From: Burkholderiaceae bacterium
Lineage (GTDB): Bacteria; Pseudomonadota; Gammaproteobacteria; Burkholderiales; Burkholderiaceae_C
Reading direction: 5' to 3'
Length of the DNA: 33,174 bases
Assembly: GCA_051649325.1 (NCBI GenBank)
Contig: JBOFGW010000290.1
Location: 1 to 33,174 of the forward strand
Below the pieces are notes generated by a model, which did no database searches, had not been told where the DNA came from, and worked only from the letters and a program-made list of their open reading frames with translations. This document shows positions 1 through 8,960 of this stretch, piece after piece (positions within the stretch are counted from its first letter, which is position 1; every line of letters starts with the position of its first letter). The position numbers and the translations under genes are program-made.

Positions 1-384
1 TCGGGCAAAAACTGTTTGAGCGCAGCGAGTTTTTTTGCCCGCCGCTTGGCGCTTACCTGACTTGGGAACCCGAAGGGCTGAGCGTGGGGTTTCGCCACGC
101 ATGCGTGGCGCCGCGCGAAGAGCACGCGCCTGCCAGTGCGTGCCCCGTTTAAGCGGGCGCGCCTTCTTTTGGTTACTTTTCTTGGCAAGACAAGAAAAGT
201 AACTTGCCGCCGGGCAACCCCCGGCAAGACTTTCGCAAGACGCGATGCGCTTTAATGCGCAGCATCCACACGCTAAGAGCCCCTCACCCTAACCCTCTCC
301 CGCAAGCGGGAGAGGGGATCAATCAGCTTGCTGCCTCGCGCGGCATCGCCTCACTATCAGCAGATGAGGCCTTTCGACCGGCCC

Positions 385-3300
385 TTACGGCGCACTCGCC
401 TCCTCACTCCCAATCTGCCGCAAGTATGTCACCAGCCGCGACAAATCAGTGTTGTTGATCGTCACACCGCTATGCGCGCGCACGGCTGCTTCGAGCGTAG
501 CGGCGGAGCCGTCATGCAGATAAGGCCCGGTGGCCCACACATCGCGCAGCGTGGGCACATCCAGCCCGGTCAACGCTGCACCCAGCCGGTTACCGCTGGT
601 GGCTTTGATCGTGCCGATGTTGGGCAGAGCGTTGGTTGCGCTGTTGGTAAACGTAGCGCCGCTATGGCACGAGGCGCAGTTGCGGTTGATGAAGACCGTG
701 CGGCCTAGCGATGCAGTACTGGTCAGCGCGCCGTTTGCTTGCCGCGTGGGGCTTTGATCAAAGGTGGTGAGCGACGCAACATAGGCCGCCAGCGCATCCA
801 GATCCGCGCTCACGCCGGCCTTGGGATCACCCAGTGTTTGGCTGCGGGTGCCGGTGGCCAAGTCTGCGTCGCTCATCAGGCCGGCGCCGCCGGCGAGCAC
901 GCGGATCTGGCCTTCAAAGTCCTGCGTTTCATCAAAGTTGCTGGTCCAGTGTTTGCGGCCATGGCCCACACCGCGGCCGCGCAGGCTGATGGTGTTGCGC
1001 AGGCCTTCGCCAAAACCGGTCAGGTCCCAGGTGCGGCCGTCGTGCCCGCCGTCGTTGTGGCAGGTGGCGCAGCTCATGTAACGGTCGCGCGACAAGCGGA
1101 CATCGCGTGCGTCATAGAACAGCTTCTTGCCTTGCAACACTTGCGGCGTGAGCTTCTCTGTAGTTACTGCGCCAAGCAACGCCACGCTGGGCGCGCTCAA
1201 CTGGCCTTGCGTCAGCAGCGGCTGCAGGTCGTACACACCCACGGTGCGGTCCATGAAGTTGTTGACGTACAGCTTCGTGTTGTCCGGCGAGACCAATAGC
1301 GATTGCGGTGCAAAACCGGTGTCGATGCGCATCAGCTCACGGCGGCGGTGGGCATCCAGCACGGCGATTTCGCGGCTGGTCTCCAGCGCCACAAACAGGA
1401 ACATGCCGCTGTTGTCGTATGCCGCGGCACTGGCAACGCTGGCGTTGTCGTGGTCGATGCGGCCGGCATAGTCTTCGGTGCCGGCGGGCAGCACAATGCG
1501 CGAACTGATGGCGCGCACTGTGTTCTGGAAGTTCAGCGCATTGCCATCACGCAGCGAGCCGCGCTGGATGTTGTCTTGTTTGGAGGGCACAAAGGCCTGC
1601 GTGCCGTCTGGCGAGATGGCTGGCGCATGCAGGTAGTTGGGGATGCCGCGGCCCTGGTTTTCAAAATCTGCCTTGTCGCTATTGCGCAGAACAATGGTGC
1701 GTACGACGGCATAAGGGTTGTTGCGGTTGACCTGCACCACCTCGCCGCCGCGCACTACACCGCCCGCGTTGGGATCCACCGCGGCGGTTGCCTCGCCCGG
1801 CATGAAGGGCGTGACAAAGCGCGAGACGTAAATCGCAAACTGATCCGACGCGATCGACAAATGGCGCGGATTGGCACCCACATTCACCGCGTTGTGGTAG
1901 CTGTACTCCACGGTGCGGTACTTGCGGATTTGCCCCAGCGCTTCCAAGATCACCATGGCAATGGTGCCGTCTGGCGTCATGGCAATGCCGTGCGGCTGCG
2001 AGGCGCGCGGCAACTCAATCGTGCGCACCACCTGGCCCAGATTCGGATCAATCACCGAGATGCTGGCGCTTTGCTTGTTGGTCACCCACAGCATGCCGGT
2101 AGATGCACGGGCAATCGAGCGTGGTGCTGCGCCTACCGGCACTTCAAACAGCTTGGTGTTGGTCACCGTATCAAACGCGCTCACAGTGTCGTTGTCTTGA
2201 TTCACAACCCACAGCCGCGGATTGCCAGCGGCAGGTGCATCCCATGCCAGCAATGACGACTGCGTGGGCTTGCGCGTGGTGAGTGCCAGGCCGATTCTTT
2301 GCATAAAGGTGCGTGACTGCACCTGCCCGCTCACATCGCGCGCGGTCACAGTCACAAAATACACGCCGGGGCCAGGGAAGTTGTAGGACACGGTCGGCGA
2401 CATTGACCAGGGCGTATCGGCCGTGCCATCGCCAAAGTTCCAGCTGTACTGCGTGCCGGCGCCGTTGGCCGATGCGGAGTAGGTCACTGCGTTGCCGGAT
2501 ATGGCCACTGCCGGCGTGCCCGGTTGCTGCAGCGTGAGCGGGGCAAAGCTGCCCAGCGTCCACAAGAACGACGTAGATGCCACCGACGTGCCGTCACTGG
2601 CCGCCACGGTGACAAAATAGCTGCCGAGTTTTTGCGGCGTGCCGGTCATCCAGCCCGTGGTCGGGTCAAGGGTGACGCCGGGGGGCAGACCGCTGGCGGT
2701 GTAGCGCAGCACGTCGCCATTGGGGTCGGTCGCTTGCGCGCGCACCGACACGGCATTGCCGGCCAGACCACTCTGATCGGCAATCGCGGTCATCACCGGC
2801 ACTTGTGCAGCATCGCGCGCAGGTGGCACGTTGACGCGCACGATCTTGGCGACTGACGGAACGCCACTCGCATCAAAGACAAACAGCATGTAAAAGCCCG
2901 GCGGCGTATCGGTCACGCGTGAGGGCATGTGCACCTGCACCGCCTGCGCGCCGTCCACCGGCGCGTCTACATGAAACGGCAGGTCAACAAAGCGCTGGTC
3001 GCTGTTCCAAGTATGTGATGCAGAGCCTGAGCGCACCAGTGTCACGCGCGATACCGGACCTGCGCCGGTCTGGATGCCAAAGGTGTTACCCGGCTCCACC
3101 ACCGTGGGCGCCGTATTGATCACGGGCCGCGGTGCACGGTTGCCAGCTGCATCAAACAGATACGCGGGGTAATAGATTTCTGCATTGGTGTTGTTTTGCG
3201 GACCTGGCGCGCCGCCGCCGGCCACCAGTACGGTGGCATCGGGCATCAACAGCGATACCGAGTGATACAGCCGCGCTTTGACGGCCAGCGGGCCGATGAT

Positions 3301-4356
3301 CCACTGCCCTGTCACCGGATCCCACACGTCGGCGCTGTAGCTCACGCCGTTCATCACGTTCCATTCCAAGCTGCCGCCGGTGGCCAGCACGCGGCCATCG
3401 GCCATAACAGAAGTGCTGCCCAGCACGCGCTGGGTGTTCGCGGCCTCGGTCGGCACGCGCACCGGTGCGCCGCTGTTCAAATTGATCACGGTTGCAGCGT
3501 TGGAGTTGGAAGCGAGTTGCAAGATCATGCCCGGCCGGTACATCGCGGAGCCATTGCTATTGCCAGTCTGCGCGCCGGGAATCGTGCCCGCCGCGGTGAT
3601 GGTACCGGTGCCCGTCGGGTCGATGTAGTACTGGCGGCTGCCTCCGTCAAAGCCAAAGATGCGGCCATCCGGTGCGATCCAGTTGCGCGGGTACATCCAG
3701 CTCATTGAATTCGTGTCCACTGAAGACAGCAGCCGGAATGTGCCATCCAGTTGCCGAACTTCAGGCCGGTCCTGCCCACCCGCGCCACCCTGCACATAAA
3801 TTTCGCCGTTCATCAGCGTGGTGGTGGATGAATACCAGCGCGGGCGATTCATGTTGATGCCGCGTGTGAGCGAATTGTCGCGGTAGTCGAACAAGTTGGC
3901 GTTGTTGTTGCCGGTGTTGGTGGTGCGCGTGCCGGTCCAGTTGTCGCCGCCGGCGATGAATGCCTCGCCGGTCAGGGGCAGCAGGGTTTGCGAGCTGCAG
4001 AAAATATCGGTCGCAGTGCCGTTGGGGTAACTCGTGTGCGCTTCAATGCCGGTGCCCAGCGCCGGATCCCACACAGCGTAGTCAAAGAACGCGGTCTGCT
4101 GGCCGCTCGGGCGCGTGCCAAAGCTCATCACCCTGCCATCGGGTAGCACCAGCGCGTGGATTGGAATCACCGGCCAGGGCACCACCGGCCCCCACTGTCC
4201 ACCGACCTGCGGCGTGGTGTCAAAGGTTTTGCTCTTGCCGCCCGTGGCGTTGCTGCGGTCCGGCGCGTCTTGCGGCGCCATCGCGTAGCCAACACTGAAT
4301 TCCGGCGGCATATCTGGCTGGGTGCTCACGCCGCTGACGTCGGGCCCGCTGTCCAC
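385..4356 (-). CDS. Large secreted multidomain protein. N-terminal galactose-oxidase/glyoxal-oxidase-like radical copper oxidase (kelch propeller + DUF1929-like). Then an Ig-like (He_PIG-type) domain, a PKD domain, a YVTN-type beta-propeller, and a C-terminal di-heme cytochrome c peroxidase (CCP/MauG family) domain.
   Basis: A 1,323-aa ORF whose listed start is GTG at 4356. Galactose-oxidase-like motifs are present: DIFCSS (Cys228 equivalent), RWYSSTTT (Tyr272 equivalent), LYHSVSLLMPDATVLVAGGG (Tyr495/His496 equivalent) and SASHTWNSDQRFVDL (His581 equivalent). The PKD signature YSWNFGDGT is present, as are repeated YVTN-like propeller blades. Two CxxCH heme motifs (CATCH, CASCH) are followed by PTLRDVWATGPYLHDGSAATLEAAV, which matches the CCP signature PxLRNVALTAPYFHDGS. 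The true start is probably ATG at 4479 (see the separate feature). Confidence 0.8.
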   Translation of the reverse strand: MDSGPDVSGVSTQPDMPPEFSVGYAMAPQDAPDRSNATGGKSKTFDTTPQVGGQWGPVVPWPVIPIHALVLPDGRVMSFGTRPSGQQTAFFDYAVWDPALGTGIEAHTSYPNGTATDIFCSSQTLLPLTGEAFIAGGDNWTGTRTTNTGNNNANLFDYRDNSLTRGINMNRPRWYSSTTTLMNGEIYVQGGAGGQDRPEVRQLDGTFRLLSSVDTNSMSWMYPRNWIAPDGRIFGFDGGSRQYYIDPTGTGTITAAGTIPGAQTGNSNGSAMYRPGMILQLASNSNAATVINLNSGAPVRVPTEAANTQRVLGSTSVMADGRVLATGGSLEWNVMNGVSYSADVWDPVTGQWIIGPLAVKARLYHSVSLLMPDATVLVAGGGAPGPQNNTNAEIYYPAYLFDAAGNRAPRPVINTAPTVVEPGNTFGIQTGAGPVSRVTLVRSGSASHTWNSDQRFVDLPFHVDAPVDGAQAVQVHMPSRVTDTPPGFYMLFVFDASGVPSVAKIVRVNVPPARDAAQVPVMTAIADQSGLAGNAVSVRAQATDPNGDVLRYTASGLPPGVTLDPTTGWMTGTPQKLGSYFVTVAASDGTSVASTSFLWTLGSFAPLTLQQPGTPAVAISGNAVTYSASANGAGTQYSWNFGDGTADTPWSMSPTVSYNFPGPGVYFVTVTARDVSGQVQSRTFMQRIGLALTTRKPTQSSLLAWDAPAAGNPRLWVVNQDNDTVSAFDTVTNTKLFEVPVGAAPRSIARASTGMLWVTNKQSASISVIDPNLGQVVRTIELPRASQPHGIAMTPDGTIAMVILEALGQIRKYRTVEYSYHNAVNVGANPRHLSIASDQFAIYVSRFVTPFMPGEATAAVDPNAGGVVRGGEVVQVNRNNPYAVVRTIVLRNSDKADFENQGRGIPNYLHAPAISPDGTQAFVPSKQDNIQRGSLRDGNALNFQNTVRAISSRIVLPAGTEDYAGRIDHDNASVASAAAYDNSGMFLFVALETSREIAVLDAHRRRELMRIDTGFAPQSLLVSPDNTKLYVNNFMDRTVGVYDLQPLLTQGQLSAPSVALLGAVTTEKLTPQVLQGKKLFYDARDVRLSRDRYMSCATCHNDGGHDGRTWDLTGFGEGLRNTISLRGRGVGHGRKHWTSNFDETQDFEGQIRVLAGGAGLMSDADLATGTRSQTLGDPKAGVSADLDALAAYVASLTTFDQSPTRQANGALTSTASLGRTVFINRNCASCHSGATFTNSATNALPNIGTIKATSGNRLGAALTGLDVPTLRDVWATGPYLHDGSAATLEAAVRAHSGVTINNTDLSRLVTYLRQIGSEEASAP

Positions 4357-4479
4357 CAGCGTATCTTCGCCGCCGCCGCAGGCGACAACGCTGGCGCCCA
4401 GCGCGAGCGCGGCTCACAATTGAAGAACAGAACGATAGCGCGTGCTTGTGGCGCGCGCGGCCCCTGTGAGATTTTTCAT
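4357..4479 (-). other. N-terminal lipoprotein signal-peptide segment of the large oxidase/peroxidase gene. It is separated from the main ORF by a single in-frame TGA at 4414-4416 (minus strand), suggesting a possible pseudogene or a sequencing error.
   Basis: On the minus strand, ATG at 4479-4477 follows a strong SD (AGGGAG, 8 nt upstream). It encodes MKNLTGAARATSTRYRSVLQL-TGA-AALALGASVVACGGGEDTLVDSG... The lipobox is VVAC. The stop is in frame with the 385..4356 ORF (60 nt, or 20 codons, to the GTG). Confidence 0.6.
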
Positions 4480-4820
4480 TTTTCCAGCTCCCTAATGCTG
4501 CACATCCAGCGGCGCCGCTCTTGGATAAGCTTTTGGCACCGCAAGTCATCCTAGGGAGCGCGGCAGTGTTGTGCAATCGTCAACGGCTTGTGCGCCCCAT
4601 GTTTGACTAGAACCCGGTAGAACGCTGTGCGTTGTGCGCATATTCGTTTCATTTGCTTTACGTTGCGCACTGCCTAAGACATGTGAGTGCAATACCTACC
4701 AAAATGTGTAGAGCGCCATGCAAATGACGGCAAAAGGTGGAATGCGGATTGCTCCTGCGCTAGAGTGTTTTGGAGAGCCGCGTATCCCCGCGGCCCCGCA
4801 TCCGCCCTAGGAGGTGTGCC

Positions 4821-5825
4821 ATGCGTGCTTTGCTCATCGCTGCCGCAATCGCGGCTTTCGTCTCTGCTCCCGTCACTCAGGCTCAGACCACCCGTAACGA
4901 CACCTATGCCGCGCGCAATACGGCGCTGGCGCAGCAGTTGGCCGACTCAATCGTGACCATCCGCGCGCAGATTGTGGATGGCGCCGCCACGGCAGAAACG
5001 CTGGGCCGCGCGCGCGCAGGGTCGGGCATTTTGATTGGCCCTAATTTGGTGCTGACGATCGGCTATCTGGTCATGGAGGCCGACAAGGTCGAAGTGGTCG
5101 GGCCAGACGGCAAGACCACGCCGGTGACCCGCATCGGCTATGACCACACGACCGGCTTTGGCCTGCTGCGCACGCTGCTGCCGGTGCGCGGCAAGGCGCT
5201 GGATTTGGGCGACTCGGACGCGTTGCCCGCGCAAAGCAAGGTGCTCACCATCGGTGCCGGCGAAGATGAGGCGGTGGAAATCGCCGTGCTCGCGCGTGAA
5301 CGTTTTGTCGGCAGCTGGGAATACGCGATCGACCGCGCGATCTACACCTTTCCGCCGGTAGAAAACTGGAGCGGTTCGGCGCTGGTGAATGAAGACGGCA
5401 AACTAGTGGGTGTGGGCTCACTCATCCTGCGCAACGCGGCAGGCACCGATATGCCCGGCAATATGTGGGTGCCGGTGAATCTGCTCAAGCCGATTTTGAA
5501 CGACTTGGCTGAGCGTGGCCGCGCCGGCGGCGCTGTGAAACCGTGGCTAGGCATGACGGTGGACGAAATGGCCGGCGCACTCGTGGTCTCGCGCGTGACG
5601 CGCGGCGGCCCGGCGCATGCGGCCGGCGTGCGGCGCGGCGATGTGGTGGTGGGTGTGGGCGATGTGAACACCAAAAGCCTGGCCGAGTTCTTTGACAGCG
5701 TATGGGCCACCGGCGCGCCCGGCGTGCAGGTCAAAGTGCGCATGCTGATCGACAGCGGCCCGCGCGACGTGACCATCACCACCATGGACCGGCGGGACTT
5801 TTTGCGCCAGCAGACGGTGCAGTGA
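4821..5825 (+). CDS. Secreted trypsin-like (S1C/HtrA-like) serine-protease-fold protein with a C-terminal PDZ domain. The catalytic His and Asp are apparently substituted, so it may be a pseudoprotease.
   Basis: ATG at 4821 is preceded by AGGAGG. The signal peptide reads MRALLIAAAIAAFVSAPVTQAQ. A Ser-region motif, NWSGSALVNEDGKLVGVGS, resembles GNSGGPLVN. The PDZ-like region is GALVVSRVTRGGPAHAAGVRRGDVVVGVGDV. The His position reads TIGYLV rather than TNNHVV. The ORF track begins earlier, at 4770. Confidence 0.65.
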   Translation: MRALLIAAAIAAFVSAPVTQAQTTRNDTYAARNTALAQQLADSIVTIRAQIVDGAATAETLGRARAGSGILIGPNLVLTIGYLVMEADKVEVVGPDGKTTPVTRIGYDHTTGFGLLRTLLPVRGKALDLGDSDALPAQSKVLTIGAGEDEAVEIAVLARERFVGSWEYAIDRAIYTFPPVENWSGSALVNEDGKLVGVGSLILRNAAGTDMPGNMWVPVNLLKPILNDLAERGRAGGAVKPWLGMTVDEMAGALVVSRVTRGGPAHAAGVRRGDVVVGVGDVNTKSLAEFFDSVWATGAPGVQVKVRMLIDSGPRDVTITTMDRRDFLRQQTVQ

Positions 5826-5881
5826 TGCGCTAAGCAGCTCTGGCACGCTTTGAGAGCAAGTTGAGCCGCTTTTAAAGGGCT

Positions 5882-5947
5882 CTACGCAGTATCCATGCGG
5901 TTTTTCAGCCCTTTATGCTTGAAAAGGCGCATGGATAATGCGTATTG
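5882..5947. repeat. Copy 1 of a palindromic intergenic repeat family of about 65 bp (arms CTACGCAgTATCCATGCGG ... CGCATGGATAaTGCGTA).
   Basis: The inverted-repeat arms match the copies at 13537, 17484, 20259 and 25072. The copy is intergenic, downstream of the protease-like gene. Confidence 0.75.
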
Positions 5948-6004
5948 CTCTTTTAAACCTGCAATTTTGGTGTTTTTTAGCGCTAGAGCGTGCCCCGCCC
6001 AGCC

Positions 6005-6868
6005 TTACTTGGTCCGCATCCGCGAAACGATCACCTCTTTCTTGGCGCGGCTGATGCCCCAGATCGTGCCAGGGTCGCTGCGGTCCCACGCGATGCCTTG
6101 GCCGTTCACGTTCAGCGGCACGGTTTCAACCAGCTCAAGAATCGAACCCATCTTGGGCAAGCGCAGCACATAGGTTTCTGTGTGGTCGTGGCCTGTCACG
6201 TAGAGCAATCCGTCCGGCCCCCACGAGCCGCCAGAGATACTCATCGGTTCAGCGCGCTTGATGACTTCGGTAGGAAATATCCAGGCTTGCTCGATCTTCC
6301 ACTTGTCATCCATTTTCACAAGCGTCGTCCAGTAACTGTTGCCGTAGGGCCGCTGGTTGGTGCCAAACACGCGGCTGTAGTTGCCAAACACCGCCCACCA
6401 CGCGCCGTCGTGCCGGTCAATCCACGTGCATGAACCCAGCATGATGCCAAAGCTGTGCGTGCCGATGTGCTTCATCGTCGCCGCGTCGATGATCTCCACC
6501 GAGCTGGTCATCGGCTCTTGCGGATAGTTGGAATGGCTCGCGTAGATCTTGCCGTCGATCACCACGCCGCTGTCAAAGTGAATGATCGGCCCGTCTTTGG
6601 GCATCTCGAACTTGCCGACGAGCTGGCCGGTGTTTTTGTCGTACTTGCCAATCGCAAAGTTGGTGACCGGATAAAAGTGCTGCTTGTCCACCGCAACGCC
6701 CTGGTGCGCCTCGGGCGCGGGGAAGCGTTTGAGTTCGGTGAATTCGCGCACCGTCGGTTTGGCGGCCGGGGTGGCTTGCTGCGCCAACGCGGGCGCGGTG
6801 AATATGGCCACTGCAAATGCCAAGCTGAGTAGAGATCTCTTCAAGATGCCCCCGGAATAGTTGGTCAA
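6005..6868 (-). CDS. Secreted hypothetical protein (N-terminal signal peptide; family not recognised).
   Basis: ORF of 287 aa. The N-terminus, (M)KRSLLSLAFAVAIFTAPALAQQ, is a typical Sec signal. Likely starts are TTG at 6868 or TTG at 6844, the latter preceded by GGGGG. Coding-like composition. Confidence 0.55.
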   Translation of the reverse strand: MTNYSGGILKRSLLSLAFAVAIFTAPALAQQATPAAKPTVREFTELKRFPAPEAHQGVAVDKQHFYPVTNFAIGKYDKNTGQLVGKFEMPKDGPIIHFDSGVVIDGKIYASHSNYPQEPMTSSVEIIDAATMKHIGTHSFGIMLGSCTWIDRHDGAWWAVFGNYSRVFGTNQRPYGNSYWTTLVKMDDKWKIEQAWIFPTEVIKRAEPMSISGGSWGPDGLLYVTGHDHTETYVLRLPKMGSILELVETVPLNVNGQGIAWDRSDPGTIWGISRAKKEVIVSRMRTK

Positions 6869-6941
6869 TGGACGGGCAAGGTTAAGCGCCGATTACGTCA
6901 TCATGATGAACCTGGCTACCAATAGCTATACACAGTATTCA

Positions 6942-7002
6942 TAAGGCTTTTCAGCCATTTTTGCTTGAAAAGGCGCATGGATATTGCGTAGTCTATGTAT
7001 TC
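6942..7002. repeat. Copy 2 of the palindromic repeat family. The left arm is degenerate and the right arm (GCGCATGGATATTGCGTAG) is intact.
   Basis: TTTTCAGCCATTTTTGCTTGAAAAGGCGCATGGATATTGCGTAG matches the core of the other copies. It is intergenic, between the secreted ORF start and the LysR stop. Confidence 0.6.
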
Positions 7003-7021
7003 GACGAGCTTTTTTGAGTAC

Positions 7022-7990
7022 TTAAGCGGCCCACTGCACCGGATCGACGCTTAAATCCGGGTGCCCGCCCAGCAGCTCCACCGCAAAATCCACAAACGCC
7101 CGCACGCGCGCGGGCAGCTGCCGGCGGCTCGGGTAGTGGATGAACAGCTGCAAGCCTTGCAGCGTATGTTCGGCTAAGAGCAGCTTGAGCCGACCGGCTT
7201 TGAGCGCATCCAGCGCCACGGGCTGCGGAAGCTGCGCGATGCCCAGCCCCGCCTCACACGCCGCAAGCAGGCTGCGGTAGTCGCTGCATACCAGGCGGCC
7301 CGCCAGCGGCCCGGCGATGGGCAACATGCGCGGCAGCATCGGCCCGGCGCCCGCACCGTTCTCGGCGCGCGCCTGCACCATGAACGGCGTGGGCTGCGGC
7401 CGGTCGGTAAAGTGCGCGGCCAGCAAACGGTGTTGCGCCAGCGCGTCCAGCGACGCCGGTGCGCCATGCTGCGCAAGATAGCCGGATGATGCGCACATCA
7501 AGAGGCGCAGCGGCCCAAGCGGGCGCGCCACAAACGCTTCGTCCTGCAGCGCGCCAACGCGAATGCCGACATCAAAGCGCCGGCCGATCAGCGGGTTGGC
7601 GTCTTCAGAGAGTTCCAGATCAAGATCAATCGCCGGGTAGCGCGCAAAAAACTGCGACAGCGCAGGGACCAGGTACAGATACGCCACTGGAGATACCGCC
7701 GTCACGCGCACGCGGCCGGTGGGCGCGCCGGCATCTTCTGTGGCTTGGCGGCAGGCCAGATCAAGCTCGGTGAGCGGCTGGCGGCACTGCGCCAGAAATA
7801 CTTCACCCTCTGCGGTCAGGCTCAGTTGCCGCGTGCTGCGCGCCAGCAAGCGCACACCCAGTTGCTGCTCAAGCCGGCTGATGTTTTGGCTGACCGCCAC
7901 TGCGGATATGCCCAGCGCGCGCCCGGCCTTGGCAAAACTGCCCAGCTCCGCGGTGCGCACAAAGTTCAAGATGCCGCGCAGACTTTCCAT
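7022..7990 (-). CDS. LysR-family transcriptional regulator
   Basis: N-terminal HTH reads LRGILNFVRTAELGSFAKAGRALGISAVAVSQNISRLEQQLGVRLLARSTRQLSLTAEG. The length is 322 aa. It is divergent from the YciI-like gene. Confidence 0.9.
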   Translation of the reverse strand: MESLRGILNFVRTAELGSFAKAGRALGISAVAVSQNISRLEQQLGVRLLARSTRQLSLTAEGEVFLAQCRQPLTELDLACRQATEDAGAPTGRVRVTAVSPVAYLYLVPALSQFFARYPAIDLDLELSEDANPLIGRRFDVGIRVGALQDEAFVARPLGPLRLLMCASSGYLAQHGAPASLDALAQHRLLAAHFTDRPQPTPFMVQARAENGAGAGPMLPRMLPIAGPLAGRLVCSDYRSLLAACEAGLGIAQLPQPVALDALKAGRLKLLLAEHTLQGLQLFIHYPSRRQLPARVRAFVDFAVELLGGHPDLSVDPVQWAA

Positions 7991-8003
7991 GTTTAGGCGC
8001 TAT

Positions 8004-8022
8004 TCCAAAGTTTATCTTTGGA
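8004..8022. promoter_or_regulatory. Perfect dyad TCCAAAG-TTTAT-CTTTGGA in the LysR / YciI divergent intergenic region. Candidate LysR-type regulator binding site.
   Basis: The dyad has 7-bp inverted arms and a 5-bp spacer. It sits 14 bp upstream of the LysR start codon, between divergent genes. Confidence 0.45.
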
Positions 8023-8124
8023 GTCTAAGAATCATTACGTCGATTGTCTAGCGTTAATAGGCTGCGTACAGTGCTGATACCGCATTGATCGGTTATCGAT
8101 AAGCAACAAAACGAGAGGAAAGCA

Positions 8125-8478
8125 ATGAAATACTTGTTACTGTGCCAGATCCAACCCGCGCAAATGGCTGACATTACCCCTGAGGCTGAGCAGCACATGA
8201 TGGAAGCGATGATGGGCTACAACCAGCAGCTCATCGGCGCCGGCGCACTGGCCGCCGCCGGGCAACTGAATATGCCGCACGAGGCCATACTCGTCAGCGC
8301 TGCCAGCGGCGCGCTCACCCAAACGCGCGGCCCCGCGTTTACCGGGGATACGCAAGTTGGCGGCTACTACATCGTGGACGTTGCTTCAGAAGAGGACGCA
8401 ATCGCCTGGGCCGCCAAATGCCCGCTGGCGCAGTTTGGTGCGCTTGAAGTGCGGCAGGTGGTGTTTTCGCCGCTGTAA
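8125..8478 (+). CDS. YciI-like (YCII-related) small protein
   Basis: 117 aa, with an SD (GAGAGGAAAG) before the ATG. The tail ...YYIVDVASEEDAIAWAAKCPLAQFGALEVRQV is typical of the YCII/DGPF family. Confidence 0.65.
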   Translation: MKYLLLCQIQPAQMADITPEAEQHMMEAMMGYNQQLIGAGALAAAGQLNMPHEAILVSAASGALTQTRGPAFTGDTQVGGYYIVDVASEEDAIAWAAKCPLAQFGALEVRQVVFSPL

Positions 8479-8561
8479 GCCTGCGCTGCTGATTGCGCCT
8501 GCTGCGGCGTGCGCAATCCCTTCTTCTCAACCGATTAAATACCTTAAAGAGCCTTCTGAAC

Positions 8562-8960
8562 ATGACGACCCTGACCATGCCCCACATCACACTGCTGTTT
8601 GCCGCCTGCGCTGCGCTGTTTCAAGTGGCACTGACCGCGCTGGTGATCGCGCGCCGCGCAAACAAAGACATTCCTTTCATGGACGCAGGCGACGATGTAC
8701 TGCTGCGCCGCATGCGCGCGCACGGCAACTTCACCGAAACCATGCCGATTGCGCTGCTACTGCTGGGCTTGCTTGAACTGCGCGGCTTTGGCAGCGCGTG
8801 GCTGTGGGCGTTTGGCGCGCTACTCATGCTGGGCCGCTTGGTACATGCCTATGGTCTGCTCACACCGGGCGTTCTTTGGGCACGGATTAGCGGCATGCTG
8901 ACCACGCTGGCAGTCATCAGCGTGCAGGCAATCGTTTGCTTGTGGATGTTTGCTGCTTAG
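8562..8960 (+). CDS. MAPEG-family membrane protein (microsomal GST-like)
   Basis: Three or four hydrophobic helices are present. The motif RRMRAHGNFTETMPIALLLLGLLEL...GRLVHAYG is MAPEG-like. The ORF track starts at 8493, but the first hydrophobic helix follows the ATG at 8562 (MTTLTMPHITLLFAACAALF). Confidence 0.65.
   Translation: MTTLTMPHITLLFAACAALFQVALTALVIARRANKDIPFMDAGDDVLLRRMRAHGNFTETMPIALLLLGLLELRGFGSAWLWAFGALLMLGRLVHAYGLLTPGVLWARISGMLTTLAVISVQAIVCLWMFAA

Noticed and set aside
8491-8518. Hairpin GATTGCGC-N12-GCGCAATC after the YciI-like gene as a terminator
   Set aside because: No U-tract follows. It may be a weak attenuator, or it may simply reflect high-GC sequence symmetry, so it is not reported as a feature.
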